This document shows positions 24,901 to 39,900 of a stretch of DNA of 64,000 nt, piece by piece (the first letter of the stretch is position 1; the number at the start of each line of letters is the position of its first letter). The position numbers were made by a program, and so were the translations under genes. Source of the DNA: Leidyana gryllorum EB-2025a (taxonomy: Eukaryota > Protista > Apicomplexa). The DNA is taken from NCBI GenBank assembly GCA_048772705.1, contig JBLWGC010000121.1:124001-188000 (forward strand). The letters run 5' to 3'. The notes below the pieces were generated by a model. That model had not been told where the DNA came from, ran no database searches, and saw only the letters and a list, made by a program, of their open reading frames with translations.

Positions 24901-27900
24901 GAGCACCGTTGAGGTCACTCAATCCACTGACGAGAGCACCTCTGAGGTCACTCAATCCACTGACGACAGCACCGTTGAGGTCACTCAATCCACTGACGAC
25001 AGCACCGCTGAGGTCACTCAATCCACTGACGACAGCACCGCTGAGGTCACTCAATCCACTGACGACAGCACCGTTGAGGTCACTCAATCCACTGACGAGA
25101 GCACCGCTGAGGTCACTCAATCCACTGACGAGAGCACCGTTGAGGTCACTCAATCCACTGACGAGAGCACCGCTGAGGTCACTCAATCCACTGACGAGAG
25201 CACCGTTGAGGTCACTCAATCCACTGACGACAGCACCGTTGAGGTCACTCAATCCACTGACGACAGCACCGTTGAGGTCACTCAATCCACTGACGAGAGC
25301 ACCGCTGAGGTCACTCAATCCACTGACGAGAGCACCGTTGAGGTCACTCAGTCTACTGACGACAGCACCGTTGAGGTCACTCAATCCACTGACGACAGCA
25401 CCGCTGAGGTCACTCAGTCTACTGTCGACAGCACCGCTGAGGTCACTCAATCCACTGACGAGAGCACCGCTGAGGTCACTCAATCCACTGACGACAGCAC
25501 CGCTGAGGTCACTCAATCCACTGACGACAGCACCGCTGAGGTCACTCAATCCACTGACGACAGCACCGCTGAGGTCACTCAATCCACTGACGAGAGCACC
25601 GTTGAGGTCACTCAATCCACTGACGAGAGCACCGTTGAGGTCACTCAATCCACTGACGAGAGCACCGTTGAGGTCACTCAATCCACTGACGAGAGCACCG
25701 TTGAGGTCACTCAATCCACTGACGAGAGCACCGCTGAGGTCACTCAATCCACTGACGACAGCACCGTTGAGGTCACTCAATCCACTGACGAGAGCACCGC
25801 TGAGGTCACTCAATCCACTGACGAGAGCACCGCTGAGGTCACTCAATCCACTGACGAGAGCACCGCTGAGGTCACTCAATCCACTGACGAGAGCACCGCT
25901 GAGGTCACTCAATCCACTGACGACAGCACCGTTGAGGTCACTCAATCCACTGTCGAGAGCACCGTTGAGGTCACTCAATCCACTGACGACAGCACCGTTG
26001 AGGTCACTCAATCCACTGACGAGAGCACCGTTGAGGTCACTCAATCCACTGACGAGAGCACCGTTGAGGTCACTCCATCCACTGAGGAGAGCACCTCTGA
26101 GGTCACTCCATCCACTGACGACAGCACCGTTGAGGTCACTCAATCCACTGTCGAGAGCACCTCTGAGGTCACTCAATCCACTGTCGAGAGCACCGTTGAG
26201 GTCACTCAATCCACTGACGACAGCACCGCTGAGGTCACTCCATCCACTGACGACAGCACCGTTGAGGTCACTCAGTCTACTGACGAGAGCACCGCTGAGG
26301 TCACTCAATCCACTGACGACAGCACCGCTGAGGTCACTCAATCCACTGACGACAGCACCGCTGAGGTCACTCAATCCACTGACGAGAGCACCGTTGAGGT
26401 CACTCAATCCACTGACGACAGCACCGCTGAGGTCACTCAGTCTACTGTCGAGAGCACCGTTGAGGTCACTCAGTCTACTGACGACAGCACCGTTGAGGTC
26501 ACTCAATCCATTGACGACAGCACCGTTGAGGTCACTCAATCCACTGACGAGAGCACCGCTGAGGTCACTCAATCCACTGACGACAGCACCGCTGAGGTCA
26601 CTCAATCCACTGACGACAGCACCGCTGAGGTCACTCAATCCACTGACGACAGCACCGCTGAGGTCACTCAATCCACTGACGACAGCACCGCTGAGGTCAC
26701 TCAATCCACTGAGGAGAGCACCGTTGAGGTCACTCAGTCTACTGACGACAGCACCGTTGAGGTCACTCAATCCATTGACGACAGCACCGTTGAGGTCACT
26801 CAATCCACTGACGAGAGCACCGTTGAGGTCACTCAATCCACTGACGAGAGCACCTCTGAGGTCACTCAATCCACTGACGACAGCACCGTTGAGGTCACTC
26901 AATCCACTGACGAGAGCACCGTTGAGGTCACTCAATCCACTGACGAGAGCACCGTTGAGGTCACTCAATCCACTGACGAGAGCACCGCTGAGGTCACTCA
27001 ATCCACTGACGAGAGCACCGTTGAGGTCACTCAATCCACTGACGAGAGCACCGTTGAGGTCACTCAATCCACTGACGACAGCACCGTTGAGGTAACTCAA
27101 TCCACTGACGAGAGCACCGTTGAGGTAACTCAATCCACTGACGAGAGCACCGTTGAGGTAACTCAATCCACTGACGACAGCACCGCTGAGGTCACTCAGT
27201 CTACTGTCGAGAGCACCGTTGAGGTCACTCAGTCTACTGACGAGAGCACCGTTGAGGTCACTCAATCCACTGACGAGAGCACCGCTGAGGTCACTCATCC
27301 ACTGAGAGAGCACCGTGAGGTCACTCAATCCACTGACGACAGCACCGCTGAGGTCACTCAATCCACTGACGAGAGCACCGTTGAGGTCACTCAATCCACT
27401 GACGAGAGCACCGTTGAGGTCACTCAATCCACTGACGAGAGCACCGCTGAGGTCACTCAATCCACTGACGAGAGCACCGCTGAGGTCACTCAATCCACTG
27501 ACGAGAGCACCGCTGAGGTCACTCAATCCACTGACGACAGCACCGCTGAGGTCACTCAATCCACTGACGAGAGCACCGTTGAGGTCACTCAATCCACTGA
27601 CGAGAGCACCGTTGAGGTCACTCAATCCACTGACGAGAGCACCGTTGAGGTCACTCAATCCACTGACGAGAGCACCGTTGAGGTCACTCAATCCACTGAC
27701 GAGAGCACCGCTGAGGTCACTCAATCCACTGAGGAGAGCACCGTTGAGGTCACTCCATCCACTGACGACAGCACCGCTGAGGTCACTCAATCCACTGAGG
27801 AGAGCACCGTTGAGGTCACTCAATCCACTGAGGAGAGCACCGTTGAGGTCACTCAATCCACTGAGGAGAGCACCGTTGAGGTCACTCCATCCACTGACGA

Positions 27901-30900
27901 CAGCACCGCTGAGGTCACTCAATCCACTGAGGAGAGCACCGTTGAGGTCACTCCATCCACTGACGACAGCACCGTTGAGGTCACTCCATCCACTGACGAC
28001 AGCACCGCTGAGGTCACTCAATCCACTGACGAGAGCACCGTTGAGGTCACTCCATCCACTGAGGAGAGCACCGCTGAGGTCACTCCATCCACTGACGAGA
28101 GCACCGCTGAGGTCACTCAATCCACTGAGGAGAGCACCGTTGAGGTCACTCCATCCACTGACGACAGCACCGCTGAGGTCACTCAATCCACTGAGGAGAG
28201 CACCGCTGAGGTCACTCAATCCACTGACGACAGCACCGCTGAGGTCACTCAATCCACTGAGGAGAGCACCGTTGAGGTCACTCAATCCACTGAGGAGAGC
28301 ACCGTTGAGGTCACTCAATCCACTGACGACAGCACCGCTGAGGTCACTCAATCCACTGACGACAGCACCGTTGAGGTCACTCAATCCACTGAGGAGAGCA
28401 CCGCTGAGGTCACTCAATCCACTGAGGAGAGCACCGTTGAGGTCACTCAATCCACTGAGGAGAGCACCGTTGAGGTCACTCAGTCTACTGACGACAGCAC
28501 CGCTGAGGTCACTCAATCCACTGAGGAGAGCACCGTTGAGGTCACTCCATCCACTGACGACAGCACCGCTGAGGTCACTCAATCCACTGACGACAGCACC
28601 GCTGAGGTCACTCAGTCTACTGACGACAGCACCGCTGAGGTCACTCAGTCTACTGACGAGAGCACCGTTGAGGTCACTCAATCCACTGAGGAGAGCACCG
28701 TTGAGGTCACTCAATCCACTGACGACAGCACCGTTGAGGTCACTCAATCCACTGAGGAGAGCACCGCTGAGGTCACTCAATCCACTGAGGAGAGCACCGT
28801 TGAGGTCACTCCATCCACTGAGGAGAGCACCGTTGAGGTCACTCCATCCACTGACGACAGCACCGCTGAGGTCACTCAGTCTACTGACGAGAGCACCGTT
28901 GAGGTCACTCAATCCACTGAGGAGAGCACCGTTGAGGTCACTCCATCCACTGACGACAGCACCGCTGAGGTCACTCAATCCACTGACGAGAGCACCGTTG
29001 AGGTCACTCAATCCACTGAGGAGAGCACCGTTGAGGTCACTCAATCCACTGACGACAGCACCGCTGAGGTCACTCAATCCACTGACGACAGCACCGTTGA
29101 GGTCACTCAATCCACTGAGGAGAGCACCGCTGAGGTCACTCAATCCACTGAGGAGAGCACCGTTGAGGTCACTCAATCCACTGACGACAGCACCGCTGAG
29201 GTCACTCAATCCACTGACGACAGCACCGTTGAGGTCACTCCATCCACTGACGAGAGCACCGTTGAGGTCACTCAATCCACTGAGGAGAGCACCGTTGAGG
29301 TCACTCAATCCACTGAGGAGAGCACCGTTGAGGTCACTCAATCCACTGACGACAGCACCGCTGAGGTCACTCAATCCACTGACGACAGCACCGTTGAGGT
29401 CACTCAATCCACTGAGGAGAGCACCGCTGAGGTCACTCAATCCACTGAGGAGAGCACCGTTGAGGTCACTCAATCCACTGACGAGAGCACCGTTGAGGTC
29501 ACTCAATCCACTGACGACAGCACCGTTGAGGTCACTCAATCCACTGACGAGAGCACCGCTGAGGTCACTCAATCCACTGAGGAGAGCACCGTTGAGGTCA
29601 CTCAATCCACTGACGACAGCACCGTTGAGGTCACTCAATCCACTGACGACAGCACCGCTGAGGTCACTCCATCCACTGACGACAGCACCGTTGAGGTCAC
29701 TCAATCCACTGACGAGAGCACCGCTGAGGTCACTCAATCCACTGACGAGAGCACCGTTGAGGTCACTCAATCCACTGACGACAGCACCGCTGAGGTCACT
29801 CAATCCACTGACGACAGCACCGTTGAGGTCACTCAATCCACTGAGGAGAGCACCGCTGAGGTCACTCAATCCACTGAGGAGAGCACCGTTGAGGTCACTC
29901 AATCCACTGAGGAGAGCACCGTTGAGGTCACTCAATCCACTGACGACAGCACCGCTGAGGTCACTCAATCCACTGACGACAGCACCGTTGAGGTCACTCA
30001 ATCCACTGACGACAGCACCGTTGAGGTCACTCAGTCTACTGACGAGAGCACCGTTGAGGTCACTCAGTCTACTGACGAGAGCACCGTTGAGGTCACTCAA
30101 TCCACTGAGGAGAGCACCGTTGAGGTCACTCAATCCACTGACGACAGCACCGCTGAGGTCACTCAATCCACTGAGGAGAGCACCGTTGAGGTCACTCAAT
30201 CCACTGAGGAGAGCACCGCTGAGGTCACTCAATCCACTGAGGAGAGCACCGTTGAGGTCACTCAATCCACTGACGACAGCACCGTTGAGGTCACTCAGTC
30301 TACTGACGACAGCACCGTTGAGGTCACTCAATCCACTGAGGAGAGCACCGTTGAGGTCACTCAATCCACTGACGAGAGCACCGTTGAGGTCACTCAATCC
30401 ACTGACGAGAGCACCGTTGAGGTCACTCAGTCTACTGACGAGAGCACCGTTGAGGTCACTCAGTCTACTGACGAGAGCACCGTTGAGGTCACTCAATCTA
30501 CTGACGAGAGCACCGTTGAGGTCACTCAATCCACTGAGGAGAGCACCGTTGAGGTCACTCAGTCTACTGACGACAGCACCGCTGAGATCACTCAATCCAC
30601 TGACGAGAGCACCGTTGAGGTCACTCAGTCTACTGACGAGAGCACCGTTGAGGTCACTCAGTCTACTGACGAGAGCACCGTTGAGGTCACTCAATCCACT
30701 GACGAGAGCACCGTTGAGGTCACTCAATCCACTGAGGAGAGCACCGTTGAGGTCACTCAGTCTACTGACGACAGCACCGCTGAGATCACTCAATCCACTG
30801 AGGAGAGCACCGTTGAGGTCACTCAGTCTACTGACGACAGCACCGCTGAGATCACTCAATCCACTGACGAGAGCACCGTTGAGGTCACTCAATCCACTGA

Positions 30901-33900
30901 CGAGAGCACCGTTGAGGTCACTCAGTCTACTGACGACAGCACCGCTGAGGTCACTCAATCCACTGAGGAGAGCACCGTTGAGGTCACTCAATCCACTGAG
31001 GAGAGCACCGCTGAGGTCACTCAATCCACTGAGGAGAGCACCGTTGAGGTCACTCAATCCACTGACGACAGCACCGTTGAGGTCACTCAGTCTACTGACG
31101 ACAGCACCGTTGAGGTCACTCAATCCACTGACGACAGCACCGTTGAGGTCACTCAATCCACTGACGAGAGCACCGTTGAGGTCACTCAATCCACTGACGA
31201 GAGCACCGTTGAGGTCACTCAGTCTACTGACGAGAGCACCGTTGAGGTCACTCAGTCTACTGACGACAGCACCGTTGAGGTCACTCAATCCATTGACGAC
31301 AGCACCGCTGAGGTCACTCAATCCACTGAGGAGAGCACCGTTGAGGTCACTCAGTCTACTGACGACAGCACCGCTGAGATCACTCAATCCACTGACGAGA
31401 GCACCGTTGAGGTCACTCAGTCTACTGACGAGAGCACCGTTGAGGTCACTCAGTCTACTGACGAGAGCACCGTTGAGGTCACTCAATCTACTGACGAGAG
31501 CACCGTTGAGGTCACTCAGTCTACTGACGACAGCACCGTTGAGGTCACTCCATCCACTGAGGAGAGCACCGCTGAGATCACTCAATCCACTGAGGAGAGC
31601 ACCGTTGAGGTCACTCAGTCTACTGACGACAGCACCGCTGAGATCACTCAATCCACTGACGAGAGCACCGTTGAGGTCACTCAATCCACTGACGAGAGCA
31701 CCGTTGAGGTCACTCAGTCTACTGACGACAGCACCGCTGAGGTCACTCAATCCACTGAGGAGAGCACCGTTGAGGTCACTCAGTCTACTGACGAGAGCAC
31801 CGCTGAGATCACTCAATCCATTGACGACAGCACCGCTGAGGTCACTCCATCCACTGACGACAGCACCGCTGAGGTCACTCCATCCACTGACGACAGCACC
31901 GCTGAGGTCACTCCATCCACTGACGACAGCACCGTTGAGGTCACTCAATCCACTGACGAGAGCACCGTTGAGGTCACTCAATCCACTGACGACAGCACCG
32001 CTGAGGTCACTCAATCCACTGACGAGAGCACCGTTGAGGTCACTCAATCCACTGACGACAGCACCGCTGAGGTCACTCAGTCTACTGACGAGAGCACCGT
32101 TGAGGTCACTCAATCCACTGACGACAGCACCGCTGAGGTCACTCAGTCTACTGTCGACAGCACCGTTGAGGTCACTCAATCCACTGACGAGAGCACCGCT
32201 GAGGTCACTCAATCCACTGACGACAGCACCGCTGAGGTCACTCAATCCACTGACGAGAGCACCGTTGAGGTCACTCAATCCACTGACGACAGCACCGCTG
32301 AGGTCACTCAATCCACTGACGACAGCACCGCTGAGGTCACTCAATCCACTGACGACAGCACCGCTGAGGTCACTCAGTCTACTGTCGAGAGCACCGTTGA
32401 GGTCACTCAATCCACTGACGAGAGCACCGTTGAGGTCACTCAATCCACTGACGAGAGCACCGTTGAGGTCACTCCATCCACTGAGGAGAGCACCGTTGAG
32501 GTCACTCAATCCACTGACGACAGCACCGCTGAGGTCACTCAATCCACTGACGACAGCACCGTTGAGGTCACTCAATCCACTGACGACAGCACCGCTGAGG
32601 TCACTCAATCCACTGACGACAGCACCGTTGAGGTCACTCAATCCACTGACGACAGCACCGCTGAGGTCACTCAATCCACTGACGACAGCACCGTTGAGGT
32701 CACTCCATCCACTGAGGAGAGCACCGTTGAGGTCACTCAATCCACTGACGACAGCACCGTTGAGGTCACTCCATCCACTGAGGAGAGCACCGTTGAGGTC
32801 ACTCCATCCACTGAGGAGAGCACCGTTGAGGTCACTCCATCCACTGAGGAGAGCACCGTTGAGGTCACTCAGTCTACTGACGAGAGCACCGTTGAGGTCA
32901 CTCAGTCTACTGACGACAGCACCGTTGAGGTCACTCCATCCACTGACGAGAGCACCGTTGAGGTCACTCAATCCACTGACGACAGCACCGTTGAGGTCAC
33001 TCCATCCACTGAGGAGAGCACCGTTGAGGTCACTCAATCCACTGACGACAGCACCGTTGAGGTCACTCCATCCACTGAGGAGAGCACCGTTGAGGTCACT
33101 CCATCCACTGAGGAGAGCACCGTTGAGGTCACTCCATCCACTGAGGAGAGCACCGTTGAGGTCACTCAGTCTACTGACGAGAGCACCGTTGAGGTCACTC
33201 AGTCTACTGACGACAGCACCGTTGAGGTCACTCAGTCTACTGACGACAGCACCGCTGAGGTCACTCAGTCTACTGACGACAGCACCGTTGAGGTCACTCA
33301 ATCCACTGACGACAGCACCGTTGAGGTCACTCCATCCACTGAGGAGAGCACCGTTGAGGTCACTCAGTCTACTGACGAGAGCACCGTTGAGGTCACTCCA
33401 TCCACTGACGACAGCACCGCTGAGATCACTCAATCCACTGACGAGAGCACCGCTGAGGTCACTCAATCCACTGACGACAGCACCGCTGAGGTCACTCAGT
33501 CTACTGACGAGAGCACCGTTGAGGTCACTCAATCCACTGACGAGAGCACCGTTGAGGTCACTCCATCCACTGAGGAGAGCACCGCTGAGATCACTCAATC
33601 CACTGACGAGAGCACCGTTGAGGTCACTCAGTCTACTGACGAGAGCACCGTTGAGGTCACTCAATCTACTGACGACAGCACCGCTGAGGTCACTCAATCC
33701 ACTGACGACAGCACCGTTGAGGTCACTCCATCCACTGACGACAGCACCGCTGAGGTCACTCAATCCACTGACGAGAGCACCGCTGAGGTCACTCAATCCA
33801 CTGACGAGAGCACCGTTGAGGTCACTCCATCCACTGAGGAGAGCACCGCTGAGATCACTCAATCCACTGACGAGAGCACCGTTGAGGTCACTCAGTCTAC

Positions 33901-36900
33901 TGACGAGAGCACCGTTGAGGTCACTCAATCTACTGACGACAGCACCGCTGAGGTCACTCAATCCACTGACGACAGCACCGTTGAGGTCACTCCATCCACT
34001 GAGGAGAGCACCGCTGAGATCACTCAATCCACTGACGAGAGCACCGTTGAGGTCACTCAGTCTACTGACGAGAGCACCGTTGAGGTCACTCAATCCACTG
34101 ACGAGAGCACCGTTGAGGTCACTCCATCCACTGAGGAGAGCACCGTTGAGGTCACTCCATCCACTGAGGAGAGCACCGTTGAGGTCACTCCATCCACTGA
34201 GGAGAGCACCGTTGAGGTCACTCCATCCACTGAGGAGAGCACCGTTGAGGTCACTCAGTCTACTGACGAGAGCACCGTTGAGGTCACTCAGTCTACTGAC
34301 GACAGCACCGTTGAGGTCACTCAGTCTACTGACGACAGCACCGCTGAGGTCACTCAGTCTACTGACGACAGCACCGTTGAGGTCACTCCATCCACTGAGG
34401 AGAGCACCGTTGAGGTCACTCAGTCTACTGACGAGAGCACCGTTGAGGTCACTCCATCCACTGACGACAGCACCGCTGAGATCACTCAATCCACTGACGA
34501 GAGCACCGTTGAGGTCACTCAGTCTACTGACGACAGCACCGTTGAGGTCACTCCATCCACTGAGGAGAGCACCGTTGAGGTCACTCCATCCACTGACGAC
34601 AGCACCGCTGAGGTCACTCCATCCACTGAGGAGAGCACCGTTGAGGTCACTCAGTCTACTGACGACAGCACCGTTGAGGTCACTCCATCCACTGAGGAGA
34701 GCACCGTTGAGGTCACTCCATCCACTGACGACAGCACCGCTGAGATCACTCAATCCACTGACGAGAGCACCGTTGAGGTCACTCCATCCACTGAGGAGAG
34801 CACCGTTGAGGTCACTCCATCCACTGAGGAGAGCACCGTTGAGGTCACTCCATCCACTGACGAGAGCACCGCTGAGGTCACTCAGTCCACTGACGACAGC
34901 ACCGTTGAGGTCACTCAGTCTACTGACGACAGCACCGTTGAGGTCACTCAGTCTACTGACGACAGCACCGTTGAGGTCACTCAGTCTACTGTCGAGAGCA
35001 CCGTTGAGGTCACTCAATCCACTGACGACAGCACCGTTGAGGTCACTGAGTCTACTGACGACGTCACTGAAGTCACTCAATTCACCGATGACATCACTGA
35101 AGTCACTCAGTCCACCGATGAGGTGACTAAGATTACTCAATCCACCGATGACCTCACCGAAGTCACTCAGTCCACCGATGACGTGACTGAGATCACCGAA
35201 ACTACTGATGACGTAACTGAAGGGACCCAATCCACCAATGAAGTGACTGAAATCACTCAGTCCACCGGAGACGTGACTGAGATCACCGAAACTACAGATG
35301 ACGTGACTGAAGTGACTCAATCCACCAATGAAGTGACTGAAATCACTCAGTCCACCGGAGACGTGACTGAGATCACCGAAACTACAGATGACGTGACTGA
35401 AGTGACTCAATCCACCAATGAAGTGACTGAAATCACTCAGCCCACCGGAGACGTGACTGAGATCACCGAAACTACAGATGACGTAACTGAAGTGACTCAA
35501 TCCACCAATGAAGTGACTGAAATCACTCAGTCCACCGGCGACGTGACTGAGATCACCGAGACTACAGATGACGTGACTGAAGTGACTCAGTCCACCGGAG
35601 ACGTGACTGAGATCACCGAAACTACTGATGACGTGACTCAATCCACCAATGAAGTGACTGAAATCAATCAGTCCACCGGAGACGTGACTGAGATCACCGA
35701 AACTACAGATGACGTAACTGAAGTGACTCAATCCACCAATGAAGTGACTGAAATCACTCAGCCCACCGGAGACGTGACTGGGATCACCGAGACTACAGAT
35801 GACGTGACTGAAATCACTCAGTCCACCGGAGACGTGACTGAGATCACCGAAACTACAGATGACGTGACTGAAGTGACTCAATCCACCAATGAAGTGACTG
35901 AAATCACTCAGCCCACCGGAGACGTGACTGAGATCACCGAAACTACAGATGACGTAACTGAAGTGACTCAATCCACCAATGAAGTGACTGAAATCACTCA
36001 GCCCACCGGAGACGTGACTGGGATCACCGAGACTACAGATGACGTGACTGAAGTCACTCAGTCCACCGGAGACGTGACTGAGATCACCGAAACTACTGAT
36101 GACGTAACTGAAGTGACTCAATCCACCAATGAAGTGACTGAAATCACTCAGCCCACCGGAGACGTGACTGAGATCACCGAAACTACAGATGACGTGACTG
36201 AAGTGACTCAATCCACCAATGAAGTGACTGAAATCACTCAGCCCACCGGAGACGTGACTGGGATCACCGAGACTACAGATGACGTGACTGAAGTCACTCA
36301 GTCCACCGGAGACGTGACTGGGATCACCGAGACTACAGATGACGTGACTGAAGTCACTCAGTCCACCGGAGACGTGACTGAGATCACCGAAACTACAGAT
36401 GACGTGACTGAAATCACTCAGTCCACCGGAGACGTGACTGAGATCACCGAAACTACAGATGACGTAACTGAAGTGACCCAATCCACCAATGAAGTGACTG
36501 AAATCACTCAGTCCACCGGAGACGTGACTGAGATCACCGAAACTACAGATGACGTGACTGAAGTCACTCAGTCCACCGGAGACGTGACTGAGATCACCGA
36601 AACTACAGATGACGTGACTGAAGTGACTCAATCCACCAATGAAGTGACTGAAATCACTCAGTCCACCGGAGACGTGACTGAGATCACCGAAACTACTGAT
36701 GACGTAACTGAAGTGACCCAATCCACCAATGAAGTGACTGAAATCACTCAGTCCACCGGAGACGTGACTGAGATCACCGAAACTACAGATGACGTGACTG
36801 AAGTGACTCAATCCACCAATGAAGTGACTGAAATCACTCAGTCCACCGGAGACGTGACTGAGATCACCGAAACTACAGATGACGTGACTGAAGTGACTCA

Positions 36901-39900
36901 GTCCACCGGAGACGTGACTGAGATCACCGAAACTACTGATGACGTGACTCAATCCACCAATGAAGTGACTGAAATCAATCAGTCCACCGGAGACGTGACT
37001 GAGATCACCGAAACTACAGAAGACGTAACTGAAATCACTCAGCCCACTGGAGACGTGACTGAGATCACCGAGACTACAGATGACGTGACTGGAGTCACTC
37101 AGTCCACGGGAGACGTGACTGAGATCACCGAAACTACTGATGACGTAACTGAAGTCACTCAATCCACCAATGAAGTGACTGAAATCACTCAGTCCACCGG
37201 AGACGTGACTGAGATCACCGAAACTACAGATGGCGTGACTGAAATCACTCAGTCCACCGGAGACGTGACTGAGATCACCGAAACTACAGAAGACGTAACT
37301 GAAGTGACTCAATCCACCGGAGACGTGACTGAGATCACCGAAACTACAGATGACGTGACTGAAATCACTCAATCCACGGGAGACGTGACTGAGATCACCG
37401 AAACTACAGAAGACGTAACTGAAGTGACTCAATCCACCGGAGACGTGACTGAAATCACTCAGTCCACCAATGAAGTGACTGAAATCACTCAATCCACCAA
37501 TGAAGTGACTGAAATCACTCAGTCCACCGGAGACGTGACTGAGATCACCGAAACTACAGAAGACGTAACTGAAGTGACTCAATCCACCGGAGACGTGACT
37601 GAGATCACCGAAACTACAGATGACGTGACTGAAATCACTCAATCCACGGGAGACGTGACTGAGATCACCGAAACTACTGATGACGTAACTGAAGTGACTC
37701 AATCCACCGGAGACGTGACTGAAATCACTCAGTCCACCGGAGACGTGACTGAGATCACCGAAACTACAGATGACGTAACTGAAGTGACTCAATCCACCGG
37801 AGACGTGACTGAGATCACCGAAACTACTGATGACGTGACTGAAATCACTCAATCCACGGGAGACGTGACTGAGATCACCGAAACTACTGATGACGTAACT
37901 GAAGTCACTCAATCCACCAATGAAGTGACTGAAATCACTCAGTCCACCGGAGACGTGACTGAGATCACCGAAACTACTGATGACGTAACTGAAGTGACTC
38001 AATCCACCAATGAAGTGACTGAAATCACTCAGTCCACCGGAGACGTGACTGAGATCACCGAAACTACCGGTGCCGTAACTGAAGTGACTCAATCCACCAA
38101 TGAAGTGACTGAAATCACTCAGTCCACCGGAGACGTGACTGAGATCACCGAGACTACCGGTGCCGTAACTGAAGTGACTCAATCCACCGGAGACGTGACT
38201 GAGATCACCGAAACTACAGATGGCGTGACTGAAGTGACTCAATCCACCGGAGACGTGACTGAGATCACCGAAACTACAGATGACGTGACTGAAATCACTC
38301 AATCCACGGGAGACGTGACTGAGATCACCGAAACTACAGAAGACGTAACTGAAGTGACTCAATCCACCGGAGACGTGACTGAAATCACTCAGTCCACCAA
38401 TGAAGTGACTGAAATCACTCAATCCACCAATGAAGTGACTGAAATCACTCAGTCCACCGGAGACGTGACTGAGATCACCGAAACTACAGAAGACGTAACT
38501 GAAGTGACTCAATCCACCGGAGACGTGACTGAGATCACCGAAACTACAGATGACGTGACTGAAATCACTCAATCCACGGGAGACGTGACTGAGATCACCG
38601 AAACTACTGATGACGTAACTGAAGTGACTCAATCCACCGGAGACGTGACTGAAATCACTCAGTCCACCGGAGACGTGACTGAGATCACCGAAACTACAGA
38701 TGACGTAACTGAAGTGACTCAATCCACCGGAGACGTGACTGAGATCACCGAAACTACTGATGACGTGACTGAAATCACTCAATCCACGGGAGACGTGACT
38801 GAGATCACCGAAACTACTGATGACGTAACTGAAGTCACTCAATCCACCAATGAAGTGACTGAAATCACTCAGTCCACCGGAGACGTGACTGAGATCACCG
38901 AAACTACTGATGACGTAACTGAAGTGACTCAATCCACCAATGAAGTGACTGAAATCACTCAGTCCACCGGAGACGTGACTGAGATCACCGAAACTACCGG
39001 TGCCGTAACTGAAGTGACTCAATCCACCAATGAAGTGACTGAAATCACTCAGTCCACCGGAGACGTGACTGAGATCACCGAGACTACCGGTGCCGTAACT
39101 GAAGTGACTCAATCCACCGGAGACGTGACTGAGATCACCGAAACTACAGATGGCGTGACTGAAGTGACTCAATCCACCGGAGACGTGACTGAGATCACCG
39201 AAACTACAGATGACGTGACTGAAGTGACTCAATCCACCAATGAAGTGACTGAAGTCACTCAGTCCACCGGAGACGTGACTGAGATCACCGAAACTACAGA
39301 TGACGTAACTGAAGTGACCCAATCCACCAATGAAGTGACTGAAATCACTCAGTCCACCGGAGACGTGACTGAGATCACCGAAACTACAGATGACGTGACT
39401 GAAGTCACTCAGTCCACCGGAGACGTGACTGAGATCACCGAAACTACTGATGACGTAACTGAAGTGACTCAATCCACCAATGAAGTGACTGAAATCACTC
39501 AGTCCACCGGAGACGTGACTGAGATCACCGAAACTACAGATGACGTGACTGAAGTCACTCAGTCCACCGGAGACGTGACTGAGATCACCGAAACTACTGA
39601 TGACGTAACTGAAGTGACCCAATCCACCAATGAAGTGACTGAAATCACTCAGTCCACCGGAGACGTGACTGAGATCACCGAAACTACAGATGACGTAACT
39701 GAAGTGACTCAATCCACCGGAGACGTGACTGAGATCACCGAAACTACAGATGACGTGACTGAAGTGACTCAATCCACCAATGAAGTGACTGAAGTCACTC
39801 AGTCCACCGGAGACGTGACTGAGATCACCGAAACTACAGATGACGTGACTGAAGTGACTCAATCCACCAATGAAGTGACTGAAATCACTCAGTCCACCGG

